DNA of 64,000 nucleotides from an uncultured Candidatus Saccharibacteria bacterium (GTDB lineage Bacteria; Patescibacteriota; CAZHWT01). Below the pieces are notes generated by a model. It saw only the letters and a list, made by a program, of their open reading frames with translations, did no database searches and was not told the DNA's origin. How positions within the stretch are numbered: the first letter of the stretch is position 1; each line of letters begins with the position of its first letter. Where the stretch lies: positions 314-64,313 of the forward strand of contig CAZKPX010000007.1 of the NCBI GenBank assembly GCA_964554805.1. Reading direction: 5' to 3'. Both the position numbers and the translations under genes were made by a program. Below are positions 10,670 to 20,267 of this stretch, one piece after another.

Positions 10670-10957
10670 ATGGCAACTAAACTATTTATTGGTGGAATTA
10701 CTTGGGGCACGACTGACGAAATGCTAGCTGAAGCTTTTGCACAAGCTGGCGAAGTAGTATCGGCACAAGTTATGAAAGACCGCGAAACCGGTCGATCACG
10801 TGGATTTGCTTTCGTTGAAATGGCTACTGATGAAGCAGCTCAAGCAGCGATCGCTATGTGGAACGACCAGGAACTGGACGGCCGCACAATTATCGTTAAC
10901 GAAGCTCGCCCACGCGAAGACAGCCGCCCTAACACTAATCGCGGTAACCGCTATTAA
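10670..10957 (+). CDS. RRM-type RNA-binding protein
   Basis: RNP-2 KLFIGGI and RNP-1 RGFAFVEM motifs with a Gly/Arg-rich C-terminus. Start chosen at the Met preceding KLFIGG. Confidence 0.8.
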   Translation: MATKLFIGGITWGTTDEMLAEAFAQAGEVVSAQVMKDRETGRSRGFAFVEMATDEAAQAAIAMWNDQELDGRTIIVNEARPREDSRPNTNRGNRY

Positions 10958-11020
10958 CCGTTAGGTACTCAGTGATTTGGTTATTTGTATTTGCAGCCTT
11001 GACTTGAACACACAATAAAA

Positions 11021-11046
11021 ACAGGAGCGAAAGCTCCTGTTTTTTG
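11021..11046. terminator. Rho-independent terminator (bidirectional) between convergent genes
   Basis: ACAGGAGC-GAAA-GCTCCTGT hairpin followed by TTTTTT on the + strand, and a T-run on the - strand as well. Confidence 0.7.
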
Positions 11047-11105
11047 TTGAGTATCTATATAGCTGATAGCCTACTGAGCCATCGACTATCTAGTTAAGCT
11101 AGTTA

Positions 11106-12659
11106 CTATTTTGCCTTCAGCGACTTTTTTATTGGCAGAATAATTGAAAAGCATGAACCCTTACCAAGTTTGCTTTGAACAGCAATTCTTCCTTCATGCT
11201 GCGCCACAATCTGCTGACTTATGTACAAACCGATGCCCAAGCCTGGGTAAGATTTCTTATTAGGGGAGTTAGCTTGGAAGAACAAATCAAATATTTTATT
11301 CTGATCCGGCTCAGCGATACCAATACCCTGGTCAATCACTTTAACGATTGTTCGTGTTTTTGTCTGGCTGACCGAAATGGTAATCGAAGAATCATGAGCT
11401 GAGTACTTGACAGCGTTGGCCAACAAATTAGCAACCACCTGCTGGATCTTTGGCCCATCTATCAGCACTGGGATAAGAGCCTCGCCTTCAATTTGTATCT
11501 TTTGACTAGCGGATGGTTGAATAATCTCCACCGCCTCGCATACAAGTGGGCCAAGTCGCTGCTCTTTAAAGCTATATTCGGTCTTATTTGATTGAAGCCG
11601 ACTCAAATCCAGCAGCTCGGTCATCAAGCTAGCTAGCCTTGTTACTTGTCGATTTGCTTTATGAATCAAATCCAATCGGCCAGCCTCATCGAGGATATTT
11701 GCTTGCTTCTCAAGCAATTGAAGATAGATCTTGAGGCTAGTGACCGGTGTTTTTAATTCATGGCTGGCAATACTTATAAATTCATCCTTGCGCTGCTCAA
11801 GCTCTTTAGCCAGGCTTATGTCTAATATGGTTGCGATAGCAGCGATTGGCTTTCCTTGCAGACTGTAAACTGGAGCAGCATTTATTTTTAGGTGGGCTGC
11901 CTGACCATCTACGCGCATGTAGTGGACTTCTTGATCGGTGATTGTTTCCAAACTCTGTAGTGTTTTGTGCAGTGGCCAGTCTGATTGAGCCAACTCGCCT
12001 TCCAGATCAATAGGGAATGAATCAGCTAGGGTAGAATTTTTATCAAAGGAGATTCCAAGCAAATTCTCGGCCTGGTGGTTGCTATAACTAATATGGTGAT
12101 CAGCCATATCAACAATCATAACCCCAACTGGCATATGCTGGAGGATTATTTCAAGCTGCCTCTGTCTGTCTTCTGCTTCGGATCGGGCCAGTCGCTCCGA
12201 GTCCAAGGTGGCATCCAACTTTGTCCGAAGCCGGCCTAGCAATATAGCCATGATGAAATTTGCTATACCAAAGACAACGTTTATTCTCAAACTTTCTTCA
12301 AACGATAGGTTGTCATAAGCAAAATAGCGATAGGCTATATAGGCAGTTGATATACTAGCCACAGTCAATCCTGCTTTGAAGCCAAAGGCATTAGCTGAAA
12401 TAGTCACTAGAGCCAACGAGCCAACCAGAAGCAGCAGTCGAATCCAAGAATTAGCCTGCAAGTCAAGGAGAGTTAAGAGTTCGGCCACAAGGATAAAACA
12501 AATACTCAGTACCGTGGCTCTAGTCACCAACATCCCTGCCGAGCGACGCGGCAAAATAGTTCTTTGGTCCAGTTGTAGGTATCGCATTGAAGGCATGCTA
12601 TGTTCCGTAACTGGGCAGTCAGTTACTTCAGTTATACAGGCAAGGCTGCCAGTTCGCAA
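11106..12659 (-). CDS. Sensor histidine kinase with N-terminal membrane domain and PAS domain
   Basis: Five to six N-terminal TM helices, a central PAS-like region, H-box ASHELKTPVTS and an ATPase G-box GLGIGLYISQQIV. Confidence 0.85.
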   Translation of the reverse strand: MRTGSLACITEVTDCPVTEHSMPSMRYLQLDQRTILPRRSAGMLVTRATVLSICFILVAELLTLLDLQANSWIRLLLLVGSLALVTISANAFGFKAGLTVASISTAYIAYRYFAYDNLSFEESLRINVVFGIANFIMAILLGRLRTKLDATLDSERLARSEAEDRQRQLEIILQHMPVGVMIVDMADHHISYSNHQAENLLGISFDKNSTLADSFPIDLEGELAQSDWPLHKTLQSLETITDQEVHYMRVDGQAAHLKINAAPVYSLQGKPIAAIATILDISLAKELEQRKDEFISIASHELKTPVTSLKIYLQLLEKQANILDEAGRLDLIHKANRQVTRLASLMTELLDLSRLQSNKTEYSFKEQRLGPLVCEAVEIIQPSASQKIQIEGEALIPVLIDGPKIQQVVANLLANAVKYSAHDSSITISVSQTKTRTIVKVIDQGIGIAEPDQNKIFDLFFQANSPNKKSYPGLGIGLYISQQIVAQHEGRIAVQSKLGKGSCFSIILPIKKSLKAK

Positions 12660-12759
12660 GACGGCAAAATTAAGTTAGTGTACGGAACGCGCTGGAGTGT
12701 GTACAATATCTATATAAGCTTGCCTGCTAACAGGCAATAGTTGTACAGGACGTTTTTCT

Positions 12760-13971
12760 ATGGCGGATACAAGAATTGTTATCGTAGGCGGCGGATTTGC
12801 GGGCGTAAAAGCCGCTCGACAATTAGCCAACCGGTCTGGATTATCTGTAACCCTAGTCAGCAATAAGGACTACTTTTGCTACTATCCAACCCTATATCAT
12901 TCAGCCACTGGGCATCCGGGGTCTGAATCATCCATCCCACTAGCAGAAATTTTTAAAGGCACGAATGTCAATCTAATTATCGATACAGTCACCGAGCTTC
13001 ACAGTCGCAGCAAAACAGTAGTCACCCAATCAGCGCAAAAGATCGCTTTTGACGAACTTATTTTGGCCCTGGGAGTAGTGACAAGCTATTTTGGTATCGC
13101 TGGACTAGAGGAATATTCGTATGGTGTCAAAAGTATTGATCAGCTTCTTGAACTAAAGAATCATTTCCATCAATTGATGGTCGATGAGCATCAGCCGGAC
13201 ACAAGCTATTTAGTCGTTGGAGCTGGTCCAACCGGTGTCGAACTATCTGCCGCTATGGGGGCTTACCTCAAGCAGGTAGCCAGGCACTACAAGCTACGCA
13301 AGACTCGTATTAATATCTGCCTTATTGAAGCTGCCCCAAGGGTGTTACCTCGATCATCAGAGAGAGCGTCCAAGTTAGTTACTCGACGCCTACGTCAGCT
13401 TGGCGTCAAGGTTATGACAAACCAAAAAGTCGAAGGCAGTACCGCGGAGTCATTGACGGTAAGTGGCCAGAAAATACCGAGCCAGACAGTTATTTGGACT
13501 GCCGGTGTCACCAACCACCCCTTCTTCAAAGATCACCCCAATGACTTTTCATTAAATGAGAGAGGCAAGGTCGTCGTCGATAAGCATCTTTTAGCTGCTC
13601 CGCATATCTATGTTATTGGCGACAATGCTGCCACCCCGTTTAGTGGTCTGGCTCAGATTGCCGTTCACGATGGATCATTTGTTGCCGACCACATTCTCCG
13701 TCTAGCTGCTGGCCAGCAACCCGTAGAGTACCATAGCCAAGCTCCAACCACCGTTGTTCCAGTGGGGCACAATTGGGCGATTGTTGAAATGGGCAAAATA
13801 AGCTTTGGTGGGTTGGCTGGACATTTGTTGCGTCGAGCCGCAGACTTGGTAGGCTACTGGGATATCCTGCCCGCCTCAACAGCTCTCAAATTGTGGTTGG
13901 CTAGACATGATCATCAGGAAGACTATCTGGCAGTCTCCAAACATAGCAAGTCGACAGTTGCCGTTAAGTAA
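12760..13971 (+). CDS. Type II NADH dehydrogenase (NDH-2) / FAD-dependent pyridine nucleotide-disulfide oxidoreductase
   Basis: N-terminal Rossmann motif IVIVGGGFAGVKAA and a second dinucleotide-binding motif VVGAGPTGVE. About 400 aa. Confidence 0.75.
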   Translation: MADTRIVIVGGGFAGVKAARQLANRSGLSVTLVSNKDYFCYYPTLYHSATGHPGSESSIPLAEIFKGTNVNLIIDTVTELHSRSKTVVTQSAQKIAFDELILALGVVTSYFGIAGLEEYSYGVKSIDQLLELKNHFHQLMVDEHQPDTSYLVVGAGPTGVELSAAMGAYLKQVARHYKLRKTRINICLIEAAPRVLPRSSERASKLVTRRLRQLGVKVMTNQKVEGSTAESLTVSGQKIPSQTVIWTAGVTNHPFFKDHPNDFSLNERGKVVVDKHLLAAPHIYVIGDNAATPFSGLAQIAVHDGSFVADHILRLAAGQQPVEYHSQAPTTVVPVGHNWAIVEMGKISFGGLAGHLLRRAADLVGYWDILPASTALKLWLARHDHQEDYLAVSKHSKSTVAVK

Positions 13972-14051
13972 TAAAATTTAGTGGCCATGATAACAGTTTG
14001 GCAAAATGCTTGCTACTTGCCAAAAAACATCCAAGATGATAGACCTGGCAT

Positions 14052-14453
14052 ATGCCAACTTATTATGCCATTTTGGGTGTTGATCCGACGGCTGACCGGG
14101 CAACTATCAAAAAGGCTTACTTAACACAAATCAAAAAGTATCATCCCGACTCTCTAGTCCATCACGGGGCTCACTCTTCTGCTGAGCAAAAAGTAGCAGT
14201 CACCATCAATAAAGCCTACGCAATCCTTAGTGATGATCACCTGCGGTTAGAGTATGATGCTCATCTCCAGTTACTTAAGCCAAAAGCCAGGCCTGCTAGC
14301 TCGCCTCCAACCAAGCCGGCCAAGAACCAATTGAGTATCTGGTCTAGTTTGGTGATGCTCGGTTTATGGTGTCTGGCGCTGCTCCTTGTTTATTTCTTCC
14401 AAAGTTTCACTATGCCCAATCAATTCTCCAGCCTTCTCCGTTTTGGACAATAA
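14052..14453 (+). CDS. J-domain (DnaJ-like) protein with C-terminal membrane anchor
   Basis: YYAILGV...YHPD J-domain signature including the HPD tripeptide, and a C-terminal hydrophobic helix. Confidence 0.7.
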   Translation: MPTYYAILGVDPTADRATIKKAYLTQIKKYHPDSLVHHGAHSSAEQKVAVTINKAYAILSDDHLRLEYDAHLQLLKPKARPASSPPTKPAKNQLSIWSSLVMLGLWCLALLLVYFFQSFTMPNQFSSLLRFGQ

Positions 14454-14495
14454 GAGCTACTGTCTCCTAGGAGCACAGCTTTGCCAAACAAAGCG

Positions 14496-14650
14496 AATAT
14501 CGAGACAGGGATATCTGTCCTACGGCCAGGGATTCGGATATCGTAAAAACCACCAAAACCAAAAGTCCTGGATTCAGCCCTTTCCATATCCAACATCCGT
14601 GTCTCATGTCTCCATATCCGCCACCAAAGGTGGCCCACTCTACTGGCATT
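14496..14650. repeat. Intergenic hairpin-containing repeat, family 1, copy R1
   Basis: Shares the modules GGATATCGTAAAA, CGAGACA(C)GG / CCGTGTCTC, CCAGGGATTCG and ATATCCGCCAC-N4-GTGGC with copies at 42996-43125 and 54478-54600. Internal inverted repeats are present. Confidence 0.6.
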
Positions 14651-14966
14651 CAATACCAGATGAACGAGACTGACTCTCGCATGGCTCATCTTGCTCGCTT
14701 AAGACCCGCTCAGAAGCAGTCGGTTGAGTTTGATAGCTGCTTTGTCGGTGCCAAGCAAGCCCAAGCACGCTTATTCCAATCACCAATAACACCAGGCTCA
14801 GTACGCCCGGCAATAATCGGCTTCTTTCAATAGAGATATGGGCAGTTTTGAATGACATGGAGGTTTAGGCTATTAAAAACACATTTAGTATGTAGCTATG
14901 CTAAGGCAATCTATTGGCGACTGCAAGTCCTGGCAACCTCTCATAATATTATTAGGCTATAAAAGG

Positions 14967-14972
14967 TATAAT
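14967..14972 (+). promoter_or_regulatory. Candidate -10 box TATAAT only 6 nt upstream of the response-regulator ATG (possible leaderless transcript)
   Basis: TATAAT at 14967-14972 and ATG at 14979; no SD is possible in 6 nt. Confidence 0.25.
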
Positions 14973-14978
14973 AACTGC

Positions 14979-15665
14979 ATGAGATTACTTTTAGTTGAAG
15001 ACGAGATCAAATTAGCCAGCTCCTTGGCCAAAGTCCTTCAAGGCCAGGGATATACAATCGACGTATTCCATGATGGTCAGCAAGGCTATTTTCAAGCTGC
15101 CACCGAAAACTACGATCTCATCCTGCTTGATATCGGACTGCCTTCAATGGACGGTCTGGGAATATGCGCAGCTCTTAGAAAAGAAGGCAACCAAGCTCCC
15201 ATCCTCATGCTAACCGCCCGAGATGATACCGCCGATAAGATTTCCGGTCTCGATGGCGGAGCCGATGATTATCTGGTTAAGCCATTCCAGGTCGATGAGC
15301 TGCTAGCCCGCATACGATCTCTGCTTCGTCGAGGCAAGTCTGACCCCTTGATCCTGCAGGTTGGTTCGCTAGAGCTCAATCCCGCCACCAGGCAAGTCAC
15401 TCGCAGCGGCCAAGCTATTGAGTTGTCTGCCCGTGAGTATGCGTTACTAGAGTTTTTTATGCGTCATCCCAAGCATATTTTATCCAAACAACAGCTCCTT
15501 GATCATGTCTGGGGTGGAGAAGTCGACCCATTCTCAAATGTCATTGATGTATATATGGGTTATTTGCGCAACAAAATCGATCGACCTTTCCCAGATCAAC
15601 CCGCTCTCATCACAACCGTCAAAGGCTTAGGCTATAAGATAGATTTCCTAAATCCTAAATCCTAA
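14979..15665 (+). CDS. OmpR-family response regulator
   Basis: Receiver domain (LLVEDE, phospho-acceptor D in LILLDIGLP, conserved K in DDYLVKPF) and a winged-helix output domain (GYLRNKID...VKGLGYK). Confidence 0.9.
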   Translation: MRLLLVEDEIKLASSLAKVLQGQGYTIDVFHDGQQGYFQAATENYDLILLDIGLPSMDGLGICAALRKEGNQAPILMLTARDDTADKISGLDGGADDYLVKPFQVDELLARIRSLLRRGKSDPLILQVGSLELNPATRQVTRSGQAIELSAREYALLEFFMRHPKHILSKQQLLDHVWGGEVDPFSNVIDVYMGYLRNKIDRPFPDQPALITTVKGLGYKIDFLNPKS

Positions 15666-15690
15666 TCCGCCAGCTGGTGGACTAAATCCT
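15647..15690. repeat. TAAATCC-hairpin-TAAATCC short repeat, family 2, copy at the response-regulator 3' end
   Basis: CCTAAATCCTAAATCCTAATCCGCCAGCTGGTGGACTAAATCCT; the response-regulator stop codon TAA lies inside it. Related copies at 27909-27988 and 33910-33944. Confidence 0.55.
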
Positions 15691-15699
15691 ACAATACCT

Positions 15700-16710
15700 A
15701 TGATCAACAACATCTTCTTCTCGACGCGTATCAAGTTAACCATCTGGTATATGGTTATTAGTTATGCCATGCTCGCCTTCTTTACCTTAGCGGTCATAGC
15801 CGCTCACAACCAAACCTTCAAAGTAGTTGAACAAGCCATTGAAGAGCAAGGCAAAGGGATTGTTTTTAATGTTGCCTTACAGCAGCAGATTAGCAGTTTC
15901 ACGGTCAACTTCATCCAACGGCTGATTATTTTTGACTTGATTATTGCCGTGGCCGCAGGTTTGGCAAGTTATATCTTAAGCGGTCGAACCCTCCGACCCA
16001 TCGAACATATGTTGACCCAACAGCAGCAGTTTGCTGCCGATGCTTCTCACGAGCTTCGCACCCCCTTGGCCAACATAACTATGGAGATAGCAGCCTATCG
16101 CCAAGACGGGCATCGCCTATCATCTCAGCAAGCAGAACTCCTAGACAGTATAGAAGCAGAAACTCAGCGAATGACCTCTATAGTGGCTGGCTTACTCAGC
16201 TTGGTTAGAGCCAGCCGACCCACAGCAGCGCCACAACTCCTTGATGTTGACCAGCTTATCCGATCAGTTATGTCGGCCATTGAGCCTCGATACCGACAAT
16301 CAGCCATTAATCTGGAATACCATCAAACTGACAAGCGCAGTCCTCAGATAATCGCTCAGCCGGATGAACTCCGTCAGCTACTACTTATACTACTCGAAAA
16401 CGCCTTGCTCTATAGTCATCCCCATACTACAGTCACCATCAATCTTGATACCCATGCCAACCAACTCAGATTAACCGTTAACAATCATGGCCCCGTCATT
16501 CCAGCCAGAGAGCTGTCTAAAATTTTCAGTCGTTTTTACCGCGGCTCCCAAGCCACAGCCAGCGGCACTGGCTTAGGCTTAGCCATAGCCCAAGCAATTG
16601 TGAATCGACATCAAGGCACAATTGCGGTCGCCAGTAATAGCAAAAATGGCACTACTTTCAGAGTTTTATTGCCCTATAAATCACTCTCTGAAACGTCGGA
16701 CTCACTATAG
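15700..16710 (+). CDS. Sensor histidine kinase
   Basis: Two TM helices, H-box ADASHELRTPLANI, and N/G boxes (LENALLYS, GTGLGLAIAQAIV). Immediately downstream of the response regulator. Confidence 0.85.
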   Translation: MINNIFFSTRIKLTIWYMVISYAMLAFFTLAVIAAHNQTFKVVEQAIEEQGKGIVFNVALQQQISSFTVNFIQRLIIFDLIIAVAAGLASYILSGRTLRPIEHMLTQQQQFAADASHELRTPLANITMEIAAYRQDGHRLSSQQAELLDSIEAETQRMTSIVAGLLSLVRASRPTAAPQLLDVDQLIRSVMSAIEPRYRQSAINLEYHQTDKRSPQIIAQPDELRQLLLILLENALLYSHPHTTVTINLDTHANQLRLTVNNHGPVIPARELSKIFSRFYRGSQATASGTGLGLAIAQAIVNRHQGTIAVASNSKNGTTFRVLLPYKSLSETSDSL

Positions 16711-17171
16711 TCAGTCTTTAGCTGATTAGCTGCGTGAGCGCTTTGCTGAAAAATTTGGGCAGTTTTGGTTGATAATAAACTATCGCCAGCCCCTTCAACA
16801 GCCAAACTTCTCATGGTAAAAGACAAAACCTCGGCTAATTTAAGGGTCTCTCGCACCTCTCCATCGAGCTCGACTGGGTGAGTGGTTCTCTGGAGATCAA
16901 GAATAATACTATCAACAGACTGCTGCAGAGGTTGCAGGTCTCGGGCCATCTTTTCTTTGGATTGCGGTTGATTCGCCGCCTTATAGCATAGCTGGCTAGC
17001 CGCTTCAGCCGCTTCAACCAGCTGCTGTTGATTCGCCTTTAGCTCAATACTGGTCAGCATTTGTTTGCTATTTAGAAAATAAGGCACAAAAATGACAATG
17101 TTGGCCGCTACTATGAGAGTCACCAGAATGGTCAAAATTATCAGATTACGTCGCGATGCTATATGGGTCAT
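16674..17171 (-). CDS. Hypothetical single-pass membrane protein
   Basis: ORF with an N-terminal TM helix (LIILTILVTLIVAANIVIF) and a helical soluble region; divergent from the nuclease gene. The start is uncertain (Met at 17171 or 17204) and the 3' end overlaps the kinase stop. Confidence 0.35.
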   Translation of the reverse strand: MTHIASRRNLIILTILVTLIVAANIVIFVPYFLNSKQMLTSIELKANQQQLVEAAEAASQLCYKAANQPQSKEKMARDLQPLQQSVDSIILDLQRTTHPVELDGEVRETLKLAEVLSFTMRSLAVEGAGDSLLSTKTAQIFQQSAHAANQLKTDYSESDVSESDL

Positions 17172-17279
17172 GCTATGAAGTCCATCGGCAGCTATTACAG
17201 CCATAGTATAGCTCCTATAGGCAAGATGCAAGTAGCTAGAAAGCTGCGTTGCTTGAAGTCTAGGCAACAACTAGGCATA

Positions 17280-18173
17280 ATGGAGAATAAGAATCATCCT
17301 CAACTGTCTTTTTTAATGCGTATTCCTGCCCAGCTGTTCCAACTCAATCACAAACCACTTTGGCAAAAAACCATCCTTGGCATTGGAGTTATTGCTTTGC
17401 TCTTCGTGGCGTGGCCATTAGCGGTGGCGGCTGTGTATACTCTTGTCGTGCTGCGGACTATGCGTCAACCTCAAACCAGAATAGCCCTAATCGCGGCCAT
17501 GATTATTCCAGCCTTGATCATGGAGTTTGCCTGGGGGAATGGAATTATTAGCAGCCTGTCAGCGCCAGATACGACCAACCAGCAGGCTCAATCCCCGGCC
17601 AAAAAGACAACCGCCTCAGTCACGTCCAATCAGGTCAAAAGCGCTACCGCTACCCAGTTGACGGTCAAAGTTTTGCAGGCTGTCAGTGGCGATACGCTAG
17701 ATGTTGACCAAAATGGTCAACCATATCGAATTAAGTTGATTGGTCTTCTGGCTCCAGCCATGATCAGCAAATCAACAACCAAAGCTGAATGTTTTGGTCC
17801 AGAATCACAAATGTTCCTTGATAGCTTGCTGCGCGGTCGCCAAGTAAAACTAGAATTCGATCAAACACAAAGCGAAGATGCGCAGTCTGCTGTCGTTTCA
17901 AGATATGTCATGATGGATGATGGCACCCAAGTCAATCGGTTAATGCTTGAGGCCGGACTGGCTCGTCCTGACACGAGCGCAGATTTCGACCTGCAAGCTG
18001 AGTTTAAGGCTTACGCCGAGTCGGCCAAAGCGGCCAAGAAAGGTCTTTGGCTCAATTGCGATAAACCTGCCGCAACTCCAACTCCTACCCCTCCAATTAC
18101 CCCAACTAAGTCGGTAGTCACTCCTACGCCCACCTTTGTTAATCCAACTGCTGTGGCCCCTATCATCCCTTAG
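17280..18173 (+). CDS. Membrane-anchored thermonuclease (SNase-like) with Pro/Thr-rich C-terminal tail
   Basis: SNase core motifs VSGDTLDV, YRIKLIGLLAPAM and DGTQVNRLMLEAGLA. Two N-terminal TM helices and a C-terminal PTPTPPITPT...PTPT linker. Confidence 0.7.
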   Translation: MENKNHPQLSFLMRIPAQLFQLNHKPLWQKTILGIGVIALLFVAWPLAVAAVYTLVVLRTMRQPQTRIALIAAMIIPALIMEFAWGNGIISSLSAPDTTNQQAQSPAKKTTASVTSNQVKSATATQLTVKVLQAVSGDTLDVDQNGQPYRIKLIGLLAPAMISKSTTKAECFGPESQMFLDSLLRGRQVKLEFDQTQSEDAQSAVVSRYVMMDDGTQVNRLMLEAGLARPDTSADFDLQAEFKAYAESAKAAKKGLWLNCDKPAATPTPTPPITPTKSVVTPTPTFVNPTAVAPIIP

Positions 18174-18879
18174 CCCCCATCAGGCCCTGTTCATAAAAAC
18201 TAAAATAAGTATTTTGGCTAACAATGAGATGGTCCATGACAGGAATACCGACAATCTTACCGGCAGTCTGTAGCCGTTTAGTAATCAATCGATCATCTTC
18301 CGAAGGTTGACAGTCACCAGATGGATGATTATGACAAACAATGATCTTGGCTGCTCGGCGACGGATAGCCATCGCAAAAGTCTCTCTCGGATGAACCAAT
18401 GCGGCATCTATAATTCCCACCGACACCGCGTCAATGGCAATAACATGATTACGGCTACTCAGACTTATAACCCAATAATGTTCTTGGTCTCGAATAGCAA
18501 AGCCGTTCCTTAGCAGTTCTGCCAGCCGTGACGGATTGTCGGCTGACGCTTGGGTCTCTCCAGCCAACCTCTCTTCTTGATGAACTCGCCGAGCAAACTC
18601 CAAGCAAGCCAATAGTCGACAAGCCTTAGCCGGACCTAGGCCGTCTATGCTCCGGAGTTCCTCCAACGAAGTCGCACCCAAACTGCGCAAATCACCAAAG
18701 TGTCGAAGGATAAGCTGGCTGGTCATCATAACCGGCTTGCCAGCGGTACCCATACCTAAAATTATTGCCAACAATTCACTGGAAGACAAGGATTGTACCC
18801 CATGCGACTGCATCCGTTCTCGAGGCCTCTCCGCAGCAGGCAGATCGTGTAGGGTTGGTATTGACTGAATAAATGACAT
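18163..18879 (-). CDS. radC: RadC-family (JAMM/MPN+) protein
   Basis: HhH-containing N-terminal region and JAMM motif HNHPSGDCQPSEDD. Start taken at MSFIQSIP (about 239 aa). Confidence 0.85.
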   Translation of the reverse strand: MSFIQSIPTLHDLPAAERPRERMQSHGVQSLSSSELLAIILGMGTAGKPVMMTSQLILRHFGDLRSLGATSLEELRSIDGLGPAKACRLLACLEFARRVHQEERLAGETQASADNPSRLAELLRNGFAIRDQEHYWVISLSSRNHVIAIDAVSVGIIDAALVHPRETFAMAIRRRAAKIIVCHNHPSGDCQPSEDDRLITKRLQTAGKIVGIPVMDHLIVSQNTYFSFYEQGLMGAKG

Positions 18880-18960
18880 AGTTCCCTCTGGGCAGCCAAT
18901 AATAATCACAACATACTGTTTAGAGATCAATCCGTCAACAAACAACCATAACTAAATAAA

Positions 18961-18995
18961 AATACCGCCTCTCAGCGGTATTTTCATTGTCAACA
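18961..18995 (-). terminator. Rho-independent terminator downstream of ppa (minus strand)
   Basis: ATACCGC-CTCTCA-GCGGTAT hairpin with a T-run when read on the minus strand. Confidence 0.5.
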
Positions 18996-19087
18996 AGACA
19001 ATGACTTTTAGTACAAGTTTTCGTTAACCCAGCGATCAAGGTATAAATTACTCATCCTGGTCCTTGTGCTCGTCACAAGCGAAGCCC

Positions 19088-19609
19088 TTAGCCTTCCTTG
19101 TTAAATTTCTCGATCGCCTCTTGAATCATCGAGTAAGCCTCTTCGCGACTCTTCCAGCCAGCAACTTCGGCCCACTTGTTTTCCAGATCCTTATAGCGAG
19201 AGAAGAAATGACCAATCTCAGCTTTTAAATGCTCATTAACGTCATCTAGCTCTTTGACGTTATGGAAATGAGGATCCTTGGCAGCCACCGCCAAAAGTTT
19301 AGGATCGTGACCCTCTTCATCCTTCATATCCAAAATGCCAATTGGGCGAGCCTTTAACACGCAACCAGGAAAAGTTGGGTAAGTTGTTAATACCATCACA
19401 TCCAAATGATCACCATCGTCACTGCGAGTACCTGGCACAAAGCCATACTCAGTTGGGTAGAACATTGGTGAGTGAAGTACGCGATCAAGTACTATCTCAT
19501 CCAGTTCTTCATCATATTCAAATTTATTGCTGGTTCGAGTAGGGATTTCGATGACAACATTAATGACTTCTGGGGCTTTATCTCCCAAAGGGACTTTTGC
19601 ATAACTCAT
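19088..19609 (-). CDS. ppa: Inorganic pyrophosphatase (family I)
   Basis: 173 aa with EIPTRTSNKFEYD and DGDHLDVMVL motifs characteristic of soluble family-I PPases. Confidence 0.92.
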   Translation of the reverse strand: MSYAKVPLGDKAPEVINVVIEIPTRTSNKFEYDEELDEIVLDRVLHSPMFYPTEYGFVPGTRSDDGDHLDVMVLTTYPTFPGCVLKARPIGILDMKDEEGHDPKLLAVAAKDPHFHNVKELDDVNEHLKAEIGHFFSRYKDLENKWAEVAGWKSREEAYSMIQEAIEKFNKEG

Positions 19610-19766
19610 ACAGGTACTCCTTGATAGTTCATTTTGAGGGCAGACAAATTCATAATAACATACCCTGTCATCTGATATCAGGGATTGATTTAAATCCGTA
19701 AAGGCGGTAAAAAGTCATTAAGCGGCCAAGCATCGTGCAAGTGCCGGCAAAAGGGAGTAGGGAGTC

Positions 19767-20267
19767 GTGTTGTTGGAAACTGATCAACAGTTACCCAACC
19801 TGAACGATAGACGGCTGGGCTTGTCATGCCATATGTGTGGCAGGAAGTCAGGCTCCAAAGGTCAAAATGACAAACCGGTCGTTCTGAAGCCGCATCACGT
19901 CTTACTGCGCAAGCATAGACAGGATGCTCATCGAATGTTGCGGCATCAAATTCGGGTTTACCGGCTACCAAATGGCCAGGAAATTCAAATTGACGAACTG
20001 GTCCCGGTCTGCACCTGTTGCCACAACAAGTACCACACTGCCATCAACGAGTACGAGGCCGGCCAACTGGGCGGAATATCTCTGGATGAGTGGTTTGAGC
20101 TCTATCCAACCTACGCCTACCTCATCTACGCCGAGCCGCCCAAGGGTTCGAGGGCCAACAAGTCACGCAGCCATATTGAGCAGCGCCGAACTCGCAATGC
20201 CGTCGCTTCCGTGCCACCCGGACAACCGCGAGCCGCCTTCCTGGCCAGACAGTTACAGTCAGTCTAG
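19767..20267 (+). CDS. HNH (His-Me finger) endonuclease-like protein in a GC-rich patch
   Basis: Cys/His spacing CHMC...KPHHV...N...VPVCTCCHNKYH fits an HNH zinc-finger nuclease motif. Local GC is clearly above flanking DNA, and long overlapping ORFs on other frames are a high-GC artefact. Confidence 0.4.
   Translation: MLLETDQQLPNLNDRRLGLSCHMCGRKSGSKGQNDKPVVLKPHHVLLRKHRQDAHRMLRHQIRVYRLPNGQEIQIDELVPVCTCCHNKYHTAINEYEAGQLGGISLDEWFELYPTYAYLIYAEPPKGSRANKSRSHIEQRRTRNAVASVPPGQPRAAFLARQLQSV

Noticed and set aside
14386-14858. Cluster of 60-95 aa ORFs between the J-domain gene and the response regulator
   Set aside because: They coincide with the family-1 repeat R1 and its hairpins. The ORFs on both strands overlap each other, so they were interpreted as repeat-derived non-coding sequence.
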